Positions 36,838 through 47,217 of a DNA stretch of 58,028 nucleotides are shown one piece after another (the stretch's first letter is position 1; the number at the start of each line of letters is the position of its first letter). The notes under the pieces are model-generated. The model saw only the letters and a list, made by a program, of their open reading frames with translations. It did not search any database and had not been told where the DNA came from. The translations under genes and the position numbers were made by a program. The DNA comes from a bacterium (GTDB lineage Bacteria; Hydrothermota; Tepidihabitantia; Tepidihabitantales; Tepidihabitantaceae): positions 1 through 58,028 of the forward strand of contig JAWOHE010000061.1 of the NCBI GenBank assembly GCA_046485285.1, written 5' to 3'.

Positions 36838-38045
36838 GTGTGGCCAAGTCGATCAGGACGGCGGCGATTGACATCGGGACAACCAAGATTGCCTGCGTGC
36901 TGGCGGAGACGGACAGCACGAAGAAGACTTCGCTGCTTGGGTACGGTACAGCACCGCCCGACGGCTTCCGCCAGGGCGCGGTCATCAGTCTGGACCGGGC
37001 GACCGACTCGCTCGCGGCGGCGGTCGCCGCGGCCGAGGAGGAGGCCGGCGTCAAAGTCAAGGCGCTGCCAACGCTTGTCGGCATAACCGGTGCGCATCTC
37101 AAGCACCTCGATGGCATCGGGACGGTGACGGTGCGGCGCCCGGACCGGGGGATCAGTGCGCGGGACGTTCGAGAAGTCATCAATCAGGCCCAGGCGATAC
37201 GACTGCCCAACGACGAGCAGGTCCTGCACGTCGTTCCAACCCAGTACATCGTTGACGAGCAGAAGGGCGTGCGCGACCCGCTCGGGATGTTCGGGGTCAA
37301 GCTCGAGGTCGAAGTGCTGCTGATCATCGGCGCCGTGAGCGCGATCGAGAACGTCGACCGGGCGCTCGACCGGCTCGACATCCGGAGCCGGTCGATGATG
37401 CTGCAGGGCATCGCAACCTCATTCGCGGTGTCGGACGAGAACGACAAGAACCTCGGCTTCGCGCTCGTTGACCTGGGCGGCGTGACCTCCGTGACGGTCT
37501 ACCGCGAGGGCGAGATTCGGTTTCACCGAATGCTCGAGGTCGGGTCGCTCAATATCACCAAGGATGTCGCGATCGGGCTCCGGACAACCTTTGCCGAGGC
37601 CGAGCGCGTCAAGCGTGAGTTCGGAGTCGCGATGGCGGCGATGCTCGAGAAGGACGAGGCGCTGACGGTCGAGGACGCATCAGGCCGCGGCACCAAGCAG
37701 GTATCGCGCCGCCTATTGGCCTCGGTCATCGAGCCGCGGATCGAGGAGATCCTGACGATGACCAACGCGGCGCTGCGCGAAGGCAAGCAGAGTGACAACC
37801 TGTCGGCCGGCGTCATCCTCGCCGGTGGCGGCGCGGCGCTACGTGGTGTCGATGTCCTTGCCGAGCAGATCTTCGGCATGCCGGTGCGACTGGCGCGGCC
37901 CGACCGAGTGACCGGACCGAAGGCGGTGACAGCCGATCCGGCATTCGCGACTGCGGTCGGGCTCGTGCTCTGCGCTCAGGACTCCAAGGCGCCCGCCGGC
38001 AACCTGATTGGCCGGTTCGTCGACCACTTTCGAGGCTGGGTGTAG
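36834..38045 (+). CDS. ftsA: Cell division protein FtsA
   Basis: Actin-like ATPase with AAIDIGTTKIACVLAE, LVDLGGVTSVTV and ILAGGGAALRG motifs. Confidence 0.93.
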   Translation: MSVAKSIRTAAIDIGTTKIACVLAETDSTKKTSLLGYGTAPPDGFRQGAVISLDRATDSLAAAVAAAEEEAGVKVKALPTLVGITGAHLKHLDGIGTVTVRRPDRGISARDVREVINQAQAIRLPNDEQVLHVVPTQYIVDEQKGVRDPLGMFGVKLEVEVLLIIGAVSAIENVDRALDRLDIRSRSMMLQGIATSFAVSDENDKNLGFALVDLGGVTSVTVYREGEIRFHRMLEVGSLNITKDVAIGLRTTFAEAERVKREFGVAMAAMLEKDEALTVEDASGRGTKQVSRRLLASVIEPRIEEILTMTNAALREGKQSDNLSAGVILAGGGAALRGVDVLAEQIFGMPVRLARPDRVTGPKAVTADPAFATAVGLVLCAQDSKAPAGNLIGRFVDHFRGWV

Positions 38046-38082
38046 TAGTAATGAAGGTCCTCAAGCCCAAGGAGGAAAGGCA

Positions 38083-39180
38083 ATGATTGAGCCGGTAGAT
38101 GACCGGAAACTGACCCGCATTGGCGTGTTCGGAACAGGCGGTGCGGGCTGCAACGCGGTGAACCACATGATCGACGCCCGACTTGCAGACGTCGAGTTCT
38201 ACTCGGTCAACACCGACCTGCAGGCGCTGGCCATGTCGTCGGCCGCCAACAAGGTCCAGATTGGCGCGCAACTTACCGGCGGGCTGGGCTCCGGGGGCGA
38301 CCCAACGATCGGCCGGCAGGCGGCCGAGGAGTCCATTGAGACGATCCGCGAGCACATCACCGGTCTCGACCTGGTCTTCATAGCCGCCGGGATGGGCGGC
38401 GGGACCGGGACTGGCGCGGCCCCGGTTGTCGCCGAGGTGGCCAAGGAGCAGGGAGCACTCGTTGTTGCAGTCGTCACCCGACCATTTGACTTCGAGGGTC
38501 GGGCGCGCTCACGCAAGGCCCAGGACGGCGTTGAGGCGCTACGTGCGCGCGTCGACACACTGATTGTACTGCCGAATCAGCGAGTGCTTGAGGTCCACGG
38601 CAAGGAGCCGTGCTTCGAAGCATTCCAGATGGCGGACGAGGTGTTGCTGAATGCCGTACGCGGCATCTCCGAGATCGTCACGGCCCGTCAACTCATCAAC
38701 ATCGATTTTGCCGATGTTCGAGCGGTGATGGCGGAACGAGGCGGAGCGGTGATGGCGGTTGGTTTCGCAATGGGCGACGGCCGGGCTTCAGAGGCGGCAC
38801 ACCGGGCACTGTCTTCACCCCTCATCGAGAATGTCTCGATCGAAACCGCGCGCAAAGTGCTCCTGAACATATCGGGAGACACGCAGATGACGCTCTGCGA
38901 GGTGGATGAGGCGGCACAGATTGTCTTCCATGCCACCAACGGTCAGGCCGACATCAGGATGGGCGCAGCCAGGCCGCGGGATATGCGAGAAGGCATCAAG
39001 GTCACCCTCATCGCGACCGGTCTTAACGAGCCTCTGCCCACGCTGGAGGAGGTCAACGACCTGCTTCGCGACACGGCGATGTTCCCGGCGCGACGGCGGG
39101 TGCTCGATGATGCCGGGCAGCTGGTCGTGAACAAGTCGGACCTCGAGATCCCGGCGTTCCTGCGTCGAGGTATGGACTAG
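38083..39180 (+). CDS. ftsZ: Cell division protein FtsZ
   Basis: GVFGTGGAGCNAVN and the GGGTGTGAAPVVA tubulin signature. AAGGAGGAAAGG RBS. C-terminal DLEIPAFLRR peptide. Confidence 0.97.
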   Translation: MIEPVDDRKLTRIGVFGTGGAGCNAVNHMIDARLADVEFYSVNTDLQALAMSSAANKVQIGAQLTGGLGSGGDPTIGRQAAEESIETIREHITGLDLVFIAAGMGGGTGTGAAPVVAEVAKEQGALVVAVVTRPFDFEGRARSRKAQDGVEALRARVDTLIVLPNQRVLEVHGKEPCFEAFQMADEVLLNAVRGISEIVTARQLINIDFADVRAVMAERGGAVMAVGFAMGDGRASEAAHRALSSPLIENVSIETARKVLLNISGDTQMTLCEVDEAAQIVFHATNGQADIRMGAARPRDMREGIKVTLIATGLNEPLPTLEEVNDLLRDTAMFPARRRVLDDAGQLVVNKSDLEIPAFLRRGMD

Positions 39181-39322
39181 GGTACGCGGGTTCGCGAACG
39201 TGAGCGCCCTGGTGGTCCACGGAGAGGCGTTGTCGTCCGGGACGCCGTGGCGGATTGGCGAACCGCCGGCCGAGGCCCACGCATCTCCGACTCGATGGTG
39301 CGGGAAGCCGACCGGCCCGGCG

Positions 39323-39351
39323 TTGACAGGCCGGCTGGCACCGGGGATAAT
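39323..39351 (+). promoter_or_regulatory. Sigma70-like promoter TTGACA-N17-GATAAT
   Basis: Perfect -35 at 39323-39328 and -10 at 39346-39351, upstream of the DUF2934-like gene. Confidence 0.5.
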
Positions 39352-39392
39352 TACAGGTGAGTACGTTCGGGCAACATCGCAAAGGAGGATGC

Positions 39393-39605
39393 ATGCCCCG
39401 TGACGCTCAGACCGCTCGGGCCGACAGCCCCGATGACATTCAGGAGGAACTGACCGAGGCTGAGCTGGAACAGCGAATACGCGCGAAGGCCAGGGAGATC
39501 TACGTTCTTCGCGGCGGAGTGCAGGGCCGGGACTGGGATGACTGGTTCGAGGCCGAACGTATCGTCCGCAAGTTAGCGACCCGTCGCCGCAAAGCCAACG
39601 GCTGA
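39393..39605 (+). CDS. Small DUF2934-like protein
   Basis: 70 aa with RAKAREIYVLRGGVQGRDWDDWFEAERIV, matching the RAYEIWE..G...G.DLEDWL.AE pattern of DUF2934. AAAGGAGG RBS. Confidence 0.65.
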   Translation: MPRDAQTARADSPDDIQEELTEAELEQRIRAKAREIYVLRGGVQGRDWDDWFEAERIVRKLATRRRKANG

Positions 39606-39621
39606 CGGCTGCCTTTCTCCT

Positions 39622-39650
39622 GCCGGCCCGGGCGCATCCGGGCCGGCTTC
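39622..39650 (+). terminator. Hairpin terminator candidate GCCGGCCCGG-N6-CCGGGCCGGC followed by TTC
   Basis: 10-bp perfect stem directly after the stop codon. Only a short T tract follows. Confidence 0.5.
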
Positions 39651-39723
39651 CCGTCGAATGCGGCGCACTTGCGGGCATCGTAGGCGCAGCGTGTCCCGGC
39701 CGGACATACAGAAAAGGTCGCTG

Positions 39724-39751
39724 TTGACATCGGCAGCCGTTCCGCTATATT
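39724..39751 (+). promoter_or_regulatory. Sigma70-like promoter TTGACA-N16-TATATT for the S10 operon, ~145-nt leader
   Basis: -35 at 39724-39729 and -10 at 39746-39751. Confidence 0.55.
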
Positions 39752-39900
39752 TCTCGACAGCGCCTGAAGGGCGTGTCTGGCAAAACCAGGGTGCCCTCGA
39801 GAAAACCGTTCGAGTTAGGGCCTATCGTCGGACGCGAAATCGGCAAGCCCCCTTGTCGGTCGGGCGGTCATTGCTAACTTAAGAGGAAGACGAATAACAG

Positions 39901-40224
39901 ATGAGTCTGATTGCGAGTGCGAAGAAGATACGCATAAAGCTGAAGGCCTATGACCATCGGGTCTTGGACCAGTCGGCCCACGACATCGTGGAGGTCGCGA
40001 AGCGTACCGGCGCCCAGGTCTCGGGTCCGATTCCGCTTCCCACGAAGCGGACACTCTTCACTGTCCTGCGTTCGCCTCACATTGACAAGCGTTCGCGCGA
40101 GCAGTTTGAACTACGAGTCCACAAGCGGCTGGTCGATATCTCGAACGCGACGACTGACATGGTTGATGCGTTGATGAAGCTCGAGGTACCGGCCGGCGTC
40201 GAAGTGGAGATCAAGTCCGCCTGA
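39901..40224 (+). CDS. rpsJ: 30S ribosomal protein S10
   Basis: [17 protein letters not shown]...[25 protein letters not shown]. Confidence 0.97.
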   Translation: MSLIASAKKIRIKLKAYDHRVLDQSAHDIVEVAKRTGAQVSGPIPLPTKRTLFTVLRSPHIDKRSREQFELRVHKRLVDISNATTDMVDALMKLEVPAGVEVEIKSA

Positions 40225-40229
40225 TCGAG

Positions 40230-40856
40230 ATGAGCGGCATTTCCGTGCTCGGCCGTAAGGGTGATATGACGCAGGTATACGACGAGCATGGCCGGGCCTT
40301 TCCGGCCACGGCGGTTGACGTCAGTGACTGCGTGGTCGTCACGCTTCGCGGTGTCGGCCGGCACGGCTATGAAGCCCTGCAACTGGGCCTGGGCAGGGCC
40401 AACCCCCGTCGGGTCAGCAGGCCGCTGGCCGGGCACTGCAGGAAGGCCGGAATCGAGCCGGTCGCGTTCCTGCGTGAGGTGAGGGTCAGTTCCTCAGCCG
40501 AGTACAGGCCCGGGCAGAAGCTCGGGCCGGAGGTCTTTGCGGCCGGCGACAAGGTCGACGTGACAGGTGTGACAAAGGGGCGAGGCTTCGCAGGCGGTGT
40601 CAAGCGCTGGGGCTGGCACGGAGGGTCGGCCACTCACGGCTCGATGACACACCGGCGGGTTGGTTCGGCCGGTGCTGGTACGACCCCTGGCCGCGTGCTG
40701 CCCGGCCGGACGATGGCCGGGCACTATGGCGTGGAACGCGTGACCATCCGCAAACTCCAGATTGTCAAGGTCGAGCAGGACAAGGGACTCGTCTACATAA
40801 GCGGTGCGATACCCGGTCACCGCGGGTCGATCGTGGTCGTACGGAAGCGGGCGTAG
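40230..40856 (+). CDS. rplC: 50S ribosomal protein L3
   Basis: [12 protein letters not shown]...[18 protein letters not shown]. Confidence 0.96.
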   Translation: MSGISVLGRKGDMTQVYDEHGRAFPATAVDVSDCVVVTLRGVGRHGYEALQLGLGRANPRRVSRPLAGHCRKAGIEPVAFLREVRVSSSAEYRPGQKLGPEVFAAGDKVDVTGVTKGRGFAGGVKRWGWHGGSATHGSMTHRRVGSAGAGTTPGRVLPGRTMAGHYGVERVTIRKLQIVKVEQDKGLVYISGAIPGHRGSIVVVRKRA

Positions 40857-40862
40857 GGGACA

Positions 40863-41486
40863 GTGATGGACGTCACAGCTGCGGATGGAGCGACCAAGGG
40901 CACCGTCGAACTGCCCGAGAAGATCTTCAAGCATACCGGGACCGACAGCCTGCTCTGGGAGGCGGTCCGGGTTTACCTCGCCAACCAGCGACAGGGTACC
41001 GCCAAGACCAAGACCCGCGCCGAGGTATCCGGTACGGGCAAGAAGCCCTACCGTCAGAAACATACTGGCAATGCCCGCCACGGGTCGCGCCGCTCTCCGA
41101 TCTTCCGGACCGGCGGGATTGTCTTCGGTCCGCTGCCACGCGATTACAGCCTGAACATGCCGAAGCAGAAGCGGCGCTCGGCGCTGTACGCAGCACTCTC
41201 AGCCCGCCACGCCGAGGGTGCGGTCAGGGTTGTCGAGGACTTCGAGCTGTCCGAGGCCAAGACCAAACAGATGGTGCAGGCGATCTCGGGGTTCGGCTTC
41301 GAGGGCACCGTTCTGCTCATGCCGGCCGAGGTGCCGGAGGCGATGCGGCGGGCCGGCCGCAACATACCATGGCTGACGCTGATGCCGGCCCGGATGGTCA
41401 ACACCTACGCGGTGCTTGACCACGACATCGTCGCGTTCACCAGGGCCGGGCTCGCCAGTTTCGCCGAGGCGACGGGGGCCGCGTGA
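40863..41486 (+). CDS. rplD: 50S ribosomal protein L4
   Basis: RQGTAKTKTRAEVSGTGKKPYRQKHTGNARHGS. Confidence 0.95.
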   Translation: MMDVTAADGATKGTVELPEKIFKHTGTDSLLWEAVRVYLANQRQGTAKTKTRAEVSGTGKKPYRQKHTGNARHGSRRSPIFRTGGIVFGPLPRDYSLNMPKQKRRSALYAALSARHAEGAVRVVEDFELSEAKTKQMVQAISGFGFEGTVLLMPAEVPEAMRRAGRNIPWLTLMPARMVNTYAVLDHDIVAFTRAGLASFAEATGAA

Positions 41487-41773
41487 TGCAGGACTACTCG
41501 AGGGTAATCATCGGCGCGCTCGTGACCGAGAAGTCCGAGCGGATCAAGGCCGACCACAACCAGTATACCTTCCGCGTGGCGACCGGTGCAACCAAGGTCG
41601 AAGTCCGGCGCGCGGTCGAGAAGCTGTTCAAGGTTCACGTCACCGGCGTGCAGGTGATGAACTACCTCGGCAAGAGACGGCGAATGGGAATGTTCTCGGG
41701 ACGGCGGCCCGCGTGGCGAAAGGCGATCGTCACCGTGAAAGCCGGCGAGACGATCGAGGCGCTGGAGCGATAG
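41483..41773 (+). CDS. rplW: 50S ribosomal protein L23
   Basis: Position and TEKSERIKADHNQYTFRVATGATKVEVRRAVEKLF. Confidence 0.95.
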   Translation: MMQDYSRVIIGALVTEKSERIKADHNQYTFRVATGATKVEVRRAVEKLFKVHVTGVQVMNYLGKRRRMGMFSGRRPAWRKAIVTVKAGETIEALER

Positions 41774-41774
41774 G

Positions 41775-42605
41775 ATGGGCATCAAGCGGCACAATCCAAC
41801 GACGCCCTCGAGGCGCTACGTTCAGGTCTCGACATTCGAGGAACTCACCACTGCCGCCCGGCCGCGCAAGTCCCTGCTCACGCCGCTGCGCCGGAAGGGC
41901 GGCCGGAACAACCGTGGCCGGATCACCGCCAAGCGCCGGGGCGGCGGCGCGAAGCGACACTACCGGCTCGTTGACTTCCGCCGGGAAAAGCGCGAGGTGC
42001 CCGGTCGGGTGAGCTCGATCGAGTACGACCCGAACCGCTCGGCGCGCATCGCGCTGATTAGCTACGCCGACGGTGACTACCGTTACATCCTCTGCCCGGA
42101 GGGGCTCAAGGCCGGTGACCAGGTCCAGGCCGGCCGGAACCTGCCGGTCCGCAACGGCAACGCGATGCCGCTGTCCGACATCCCGACCGGTGTCGAGATA
42201 CACAACATTCAGTTCATGCCCCTGGGACGGTCGTTCCTCGTGCGGTCAGCGGGCACCAGCGCCCAGTTGATGGCCAAGGAAGAGAAGTGGGGCGTGGTCC
42301 GCCTGCCGTCCGGCGAGATCCGGAAGTTTGACCTCGGCTGCTACGCTACGGTCGGTAGCGTGTCGAACCCAGAGCACAAGGACATCGTCATCGGCAAGGC
42401 GGGCCGGGTTCGCCACAAGGGCCGGCGGCCGCGCGTTCGCGCGGTGGTAATGAACCCGGTTGACCATCCGATGGGCGGCGGCGAAGGCAAGAGCTCGGGC
42501 GGGCGGCATCCGTGCTCGGAATCGGGCTTCCCGGCCAAGGGTGCCCGGACCCGCAACCGCAAGAAGAAGTCCAGCCGCTATGTCGTCCAGCGAAGGAAGC
42601 GATAG
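41775..42605 (+). CDS. rplB: 50S ribosomal protein L2
   Basis: [16 protein letters not shown]...[21 protein letters not shown]. Confidence 0.97.
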   Translation: MGIKRHNPTTPSRRYVQVSTFEELTTAARPRKSLLTPLRRKGGRNNRGRITAKRRGGGAKRHYRLVDFRREKREVPGRVSSIEYDPNRSARIALISYADGDYRYILCPEGLKAGDQVQAGRNLPVRNGNAMPLSDIPTGVEIHNIQFMPLGRSFLVRSAGTSAQLMAKEEKWGVVRLPSGEIRKFDLGCYATVGSVSNPEHKDIVIGKAGRVRHKGRRPRVRAVVMNPVDHPMGGGEGKSSGGRHPCSESGFPAKGARTRNRKKKSSRYVVQRRKR

Positions 42606-42609
42606 GATC

Positions 42610-42897
42610 ATGGGACGTTCGATCAAGAAGGGCCCTTTCATTGACGAGAAGCTCTTCCGGCGCCTGCGGGCGCTGGCTGATTCGGGCGAGAAGCGTACGG
42701 TCAAGACCTATGCCCGGCGCAGTGTAATCCCGCCCGAGTACGTCGGATTCACGATTGCGGTCCACAGCGGCAATCGCTTCGTGCCGGTCTACGTGACCGA
42801 ACGGATGGTAGGCCACAAGCTTGGCGAGTTTGCCCCGACCCGGACATTCCGGGGGCACTCGGGCGTCAAGAAGAAGGAAGAGGAGCGCAAGAAGTGA
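42610..42897 (+). CDS. rpsS: 30S ribosomal protein S19
   Basis: [15 protein letters not shown]...[33 protein letters not shown]. Confidence 0.97.
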   Translation: MGRSIKKGPFIDEKLFRRLRALADSGEKRTVKTYARRSVIPPEYVGFTIAVHSGNRFVPVYVTERMVGHKLGEFAPTRTFRGHSGVKKKEEERKK

Positions 42898-43253
42898 TGG
42901 AGGCCGTCGCGATCAGCCGGTACCAGCGCGGGTCGGCCCGCAAGCTGGGCATCATTGCCGACCTGGTGCGGGGCAAGGACGTCCCCGAGGCGCTGCGCGC
43001 GCTCACGTTCCTCGCCAAGCCCAGCAAGCGCCCCGTGCTGAAGACACTTCGCTCGGCAGTCGCCAACGCCGTGAGCAAGGCGGGAAAGGCCAAGCTGCAC
43101 GAGGACGACCTGTTCGTCGCCGAGATCCGCGTGGACCAGGGGCCGACGATGAAGCGTTGGCGTCCGGGTCCGCGCGGGATGGCGTCGGTCATCCGCAAGC
43201 GCACCTGTCACGTTCACGTCCGGGTCGCGACGAAGAAGGGAATCGAGGTCTAG
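42894..43253 (+). CDS. rplV: 50S ribosomal protein L22
   Basis: [25 protein letters not shown]. Confidence 0.95.
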   Translation: MMEAVAISRYQRGSARKLGIIADLVRGKDVPEALRALTFLAKPSKRPVLKTLRSAVANAVSKAGKAKLHEDDLFVAEIRVDQGPTMKRWRPGPRGMASVIRKRTCHVHVRVATKKGIEV

Positions 43254-43256
43254 CGC

Positions 43257-43898
43257 ATGGGACAGAAGACACACCCGGTTGGCTTCCGGCTCGGCATCAC
43301 CAGGGGCTGGCGGTCCTCGTGGTTCGAGAGCCGGAAGTACCGTGAGTACCTGCACGAGGACCTCCAGATCCGACGGTACATCGAGGCCAAGCTGCCGGAG
43401 GCAATGATCGCGGACATTGAGATCAAGCGGGTCACCAACCGGACGACGGTGGCAATCTTCACCGCCCGGCCCGGGATGGTCTTCGGCACCCGGCGTGCCA
43501 ATCTCGAGTCGCTGCGCGAGGAGATCAAGCGGCTCGTGAACCGCGAGGTCACCCTGCTGGTCGAGGTCGTGCGCGTGCCCGAGCTCGAGGCCCGGCTTGT
43601 GGCGAAGAACGTCGCCAAGCAGCTTGAGCAGCGGATCGCCCACCGCCGGGCAATGCGGCGGGCGGTCACCCAGGCGCTCAGGCTCGGCGCCCAGGGCATC
43701 AAGATAATGGTCGGCGGCCGGCTCGGCGGCCACGAGATTGCCCGAAGCGAGTGGCAACTGCAGGGACGGGTACCGTTGCACACGCTCAAGGCGAACATCG
43801 ACTACGCCTGCGAGACGGCGAACACGATTGCCGGTTCGGTCGGCGTCAAGGTCTGGATCTACAAGGGCGACGTGAGCGCCCAGACCGGGAGGGCTTGA
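43257..43898 (+). CDS. rpsC: 30S ribosomal protein S3
   Basis: [23 protein letters not shown] and KH domain. Confidence 0.97.
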   Translation: MGQKTHPVGFRLGITRGWRSSWFESRKYREYLHEDLQIRRYIEAKLPEAMIADIEIKRVTNRTTVAIFTARPGMVFGTRRANLESLREEIKRLVNREVTLLVEVVRVPELEARLVAKNVAKQLEQRIAHRRAMRRAVTQALRLGAQGIKIMVGGRLGGHEIARSEWQLQGRVPLHTLKANIDYACETANTIAGSVGVKVWIYKGDVSAQTGRA

Positions 43899-43902
43899 TA
43901 CC

Positions 43903-44331
43903 GTGTTGATGCCCAAGCGGGTCAAGTTCCGCAAGCCCCACCGCGGGCGGATGAAGGGCAAAGCGACGAAGTCCAACCGCATCGACTTCGGCGAGTTCGG
44001 GCTGATGGCGCTCGAGCCGAGCTGGATCACCTCGCGCCAGATCGAGGCGGTTCGCCTGACCCTGACCAAGGTCCTGCGCCGCACCGGTAAGCTCTGGATA
44101 AGGATCTTCCCGCACAAGGCGGTCACCAAGAAGGCGGCCGAGTCCCGGATGGGTAAGGGCAAGGGCACGCCCGAGTTCTGGGTTGCGGTGGTCAAGCCCG
44201 GGACGGTGATGTTCGAGGTCAGCGGCATCGATCCCGACGGGGCCAAGCGGGTGCTGAAACAGGCCGGGTCGAAGATGCCCTGCAAGACCCGGGTCGTCGC
44301 CCGCGAGGAGATGAACTATGAAGGCTTCTGA
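43903..44331 (+). CDS. rplP: 50S ribosomal protein L16
   Basis: MLMPKRVKFRKPHRGRMKG. Confidence 0.97.
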   Translation: MLMPKRVKFRKPHRGRMKGKATKSNRIDFGEFGLMALEPSWITSRQIEAVRLTLTKVLRRTGKLWIRIFPHKAVTKKAAESRMGKGKGTPEFWVAVVKPGTVMFEVSGIDPDGAKRVLKQAGSKMPCKTRVVAREEMNYEGF

Positions 44332-44542
44332 GTTGCGCGAGTTGAGCCCGGAAGAGCTGCAGCGGCGGGTCGCCGAGTTGCGCGACGAGCTGTTCAAGCT
44401 CCGGCTCCGCCGCGCGACCGAACAGCTCACCAACCCGCTTCGGCTCCGGTCGCTGCGGCGTGACATTGCCCGCTGCATGGGCGCGCTCAACAGCAAGCGG
44501 GAGGCCCCGGCACCGGTGGAGAAGGGTGATGACCAGAACTGA
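44318..44542 (+). CDS. rpmC: 50S ribosomal protein L29
   Basis: [31 protein letters not shown]. Confidence 0.93.
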   Translation: MKASELRELSPEELQRRVAELRDELFKLRLRRATEQLTNPLRLRSLRRDIARCMGALNSKREAPAPVEKGDDQN

Positions 44543-44771
44543 GCGCAGGACCGTCGTCGGCACCGTCAAGTCGGCGAAGATGCAGAAGACGGTGGTGGTC
44601 GTCGTCGAGCGGGTCGAACTCCACGAGAAGTACAAGAAGTACATCAAGCGCCGGACCCGGCTCTACGCCCACGACGAGCGGGCCGAGTGCCGCGAGGGCG
44701 ACCGGGTGCTGCTGGTCGAGACCCGTCCGCTGTCCCGGCTCAAGCGCTGGCGGGTGGTGAAGAAGGTATGA
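44529..44771 (+). CDS. rpsQ: 30S ribosomal protein S17
   Basis: [39 protein letters not shown] 44529 lies within the longer ORF. Confidence 0.95.
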   Translation: MTRTERRTVVGTVKSAKMQKTVVVVVERVELHEKYKKYIKRRTRLYAHDERAECREGDRVLLVETRPLSRLKRWRVVKKV

Positions 44772-45136
44772 TCCAGGAATACAGCCGGCTCGTCGTCGCC
44801 GACAACTCGGGCGCCCGCCAGGCGATGGTGATCAAGGTCTACGGCGGCTCGCGCCGTCGCTTCGGCTACCTGGGCGACACCGTGCTGGTGGCGGTGAAGG
44901 ACGCGATGCCCAACGCGGCGATCAAGGCCGGCTCGAAGTCCAAGGCGGTCGTGGTGCGCACCCGCAAGGAGGTCCGGAGGGTGGACGGGACGTACGTCCG
45001 GTTCGACGACAATGCCTGCGTCCTGATCGACGACAAGGGCGAGCCCAAGGGCACGCGCGTCTTCGGGCCGGTGGCCCGGGAACTGCGCGACCGGAAGTTC
45101 ACCAAGATCGTCTCGCTGGCGACCGAGGTGGTGTGA
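44768..45136 (+). CDS. rplN: 50S ribosomal protein L14
   Basis: [28 protein letters not shown] overlap with rpsQ. Confidence 0.97.
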   Translation: MIQEYSRLVVADNSGARQAMVIKVYGGSRRRFGYLGDTVLVAVKDAMPNAAIKAGSKSKAVVVRTRKEVRRVDGTYVRFDDNACVLIDDKGEPKGTRVFGPVARELRDRKFTKIVSLATEVV

Positions 45137-45137
45137 G

Positions 45138-45461
45138 ATGAACCTTCGCAAGGGTGACCTGGTCGAGATTGTCAGCGGGGAAGACCGCGGCCGGCGCGGG
45201 AAGCTCCTGGAAATCCGGCGCGACAAGAAGAGCGGACGGTACCGGGCGGTCGTCGAGGGTCTGAACCTCGCCAAGAAGCACCGGCGGACGTCCGGGCCGG
45301 GCAAGCCGGGCGGCATAATCGACCTGCCGATGCCGATCGACATCTCGAACATGGTCCTGTTGTGCCCGAAGTGCGGCAAGAAGTCCCAGGTCCGACGCGA
45401 GGAACACGGCGACCGCCGGGTCCGCGTCTGCCGGGAGTGCCGGGAGATAATCGACGCATGA
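45138..45461 (+). CDS. rplX: 50S ribosomal protein L24
   Basis: MNLRKGDLVEIVSGEDRGRRGKL (KOW motif). Confidence 0.95.
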   Translation: MNLRKGDLVEIVSGEDRGRRGKLLEIRRDKKSGRYRAVVEGLNLAKKHRRTSGPGKPGGIIDLPMPIDISNMVLLCPKCGKKSQVRREEHGDRRVRVCRECREIIDA

Positions 45462-46003
45462 GCGCCCGCCTGAAGACAGCCTACCGCGAGAAGATTGTCC
45501 CGGCGCTGATGAAGGAGTTCGGCTACCGGAACGTCCACCAGGTGCCGCGGCTGCTCAAGATCGTCGTCAACGTTACGACCAAGGATGCGGTCGCCGACGC
45601 CAAGGTCCTGAACGTCATCGCCGACGACCTGGCCGCCATCACCGGGCAGCGCCCGGTCCGGACTGTTGCCAAGCGCGCGATCTCGGCCTTCAAGATCCGC
45701 CAGGGCATGCCGCTCGGGGTAATGGTGACGCTCCGCGGAGAACGGATGTTCGAGTTCCTGGACCGGTTCTTCAACTTCGCGGCCCCGCAGATACGCGACT
45801 TCCAGGGCTTCTCGGCCGACTCGTTCGACGGGCGCGGCGGCTACAGCCTTGGCCTCTCCGAGCAACTGGTGTTCCCGGAGATCGAGGCCGCGAAGGTCCA
45901 GAAGGTGTTCGGGATGAACATCACCCTGCAGACAACCGCCCGCCACGATGACGAGGCGCGGGCGCTGCTGGCGGCACTCGGGCTGCCTTTCCGGAGGAAG
46001 TAG
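45458..46003 (+). CDS. rplE: 50S ribosomal protein L5
   Basis: LKTAYREKIVPALMKEFGYRNVHQVPRL...RGMPLGVMVTLRG. Confidence 0.96.
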   Translation: MSARLKTAYREKIVPALMKEFGYRNVHQVPRLLKIVVNVTTKDAVADAKVLNVIADDLAAITGQRPVRTVAKRAISAFKIRQGMPLGVMVTLRGERMFEFLDRFFNFAAPQIRDFQGFSADSFDGRGGYSLGLSEQLVFPEIEAAKVQKVFGMNITLQTTARHDDEARALLAALGLPFRRK

Positions 46004-46006
46004 CGG

Positions 46007-46192
46007 ATGGCGAAGAGATGTCTGGTGGTCAAGAATCGGCGCGAGCCCAAGTTCAGGATCCGCAAGTACTCGCGCTGCCAGCGCTGCGGCCGGCCGCGGG
46101 CGGTCTACCGCAAGTTCGGCCTCTGTCGGCTGTGCTTCCGCGAGCTGGCGCTCAAGGGCGAGTTGCCGGGCGTGCGCAAGGCGACCTGGTAG
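46007..46192 (+). CDS. rpsZ: 30S ribosomal protein S14, zinc-binding type Z
   Basis: 61 aa with CQRCGRP...[22 protein letters not shown] (CxxC...CxxC). Confidence 0.95.
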   Translation: MAKRCLVVKNRREPKFRIRKYSRCQRCGRPRAVYRKFGLCRLCFRELALKGELPGVRKATW

Positions 46193-46202
46193 GAGGACAG
46201 AC

Positions 46203-46592
46203 TTGGACGCGATAGCCGATCTCCTGACGCGCGTGCGCAACGGCATCCACCGCCGGCACCGCGATGTCCGCATGCCATTCTCGCGGGTGAAGCACGAACT
46301 GGCCCGCATCCTCCTCGAGGAGGGCTACGTCAATAACTTCCAGGTCGAGGGCGAGGGCATCCACCGCAGCATCGTCGTAACGCTCAAGTACAACGAGGAC
46401 GGCAGCTCGGTTATCAAGGGTCTCCGGCGCATCTCGCGCCAGAGCCGCCGCGTCTATGTCGGCGCGGACGGGCTGCCGAAAGTCCTCGGCGGGCTGGGGG
46501 TCGCCGTCGTGACGACTTCGCGCGGGATGCTTACCGACCGCGACGCCCGGCGCGAGGGCGTTGGCGGCGAGGTCATCTGCGAGGTCTGGTAG
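46203..46592 (+). CDS. rpsH: 30S ribosomal protein S8 (TTG start)
   Basis: AGGAGG, 6 nt, then TTG. DAIADLLTRVRNGIHRRH...GGEVICEVW. Confidence 0.93.
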   Translation: MDAIADLLTRVRNGIHRRHRDVRMPFSRVKHELARILLEEGYVNNFQVEGEGIHRSIVVTLKYNEDGSSVIKGLRRISRQSRRVYVGADGLPKVLGGLGVAVVTTSRGMLTDRDARREGVGGEVICEVW

Positions 46593-46600
46593 GCGGCGGG

Positions 46601-47170
46601 ATGGCGAAGAACTACCGTCCGCTGGCGATACCGGCCGGGGTCAAGGTCACGGCCAGGCCCGAAGCGGTTGAGGTGAAGGGCAAGCTGGGGACGCTGGTCG
46701 TGCCGATACCGCAGCGCATCGAGGTCAAGGTCGAGGGCGTCGAGCTGTCGGTCGAGGCCCGGGCGGGCGTGACGCGGGCGATGATCGGCACGACCCGGGC
46801 GCACCTGCGCAATGCCCTCGAGGGCGTCACCAAGGGATTCGAGAAGGCCCTCCAGGTCCGGGGGATGGGCTACCGGGTACAGAAGACCAAGGACGGGATC
46901 CAGCTCGCCTGCGGTTTCTCCCACCCGGTCAACTTCGCGGTCCCGGCCGGCCTGACCTTCGAGGTCGCCCAGGTGCCGAACCCGGACGACACCAAGCAGC
47001 AGATGTTCGAGATCGTCCTGCGCGGAGTTGACCGCCACCTCGTCGGCCACGCCGCGGCGCGCCTCCGCGCGGTCAAGCCGCCCGACCCGTACAAGGGCAA
47101 GGGCATCCGCTACCGCGACGAGGTCGTCCGCAAGAAGGCGGGCAAGCGGGCGGTCGGCGCCCAGGCCTGA
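46601..47170 (+). CDS. rplF: 50S ribosomal protein L6
   Basis: Two-domain L6 pattern (...GYRVQKTKDGIQLACGFSHPV...PDPYKGKGIRY). Confidence 0.95.
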   Translation: MAKNYRPLAIPAGVKVTARPEAVEVKGKLGTLVVPIPQRIEVKVEGVELSVEARAGVTRAMIGTTRAHLRNALEGVTKGFEKALQVRGMGYRVQKTKDGIQLACGFSHPVNFAVPAGLTFEVAQVPNPDDTKQQMFEIVLRGVDRHLVGHAAARLRAVKPPDPYKGKGIRYRDEVVRKKAGKRAVGAQA

Positions 47171-47190
47171 CGGATTTCTCCCGAGAGGAA

Positions 47191-47217
47191 GCGGGTGCGG
47201 CCGCCGGCCGCACCCGC
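47191..47217. terminator. Bidirectional hairpin GCGGGTGCGGCC-GCC-GGCCGCACCCGC between convergent rplF and the 47253-49397 gene
   Basis: 12-bp perfect arms seen directly, followed by AGCTTCTTTC on the plus strand. Confidence 0.6.
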
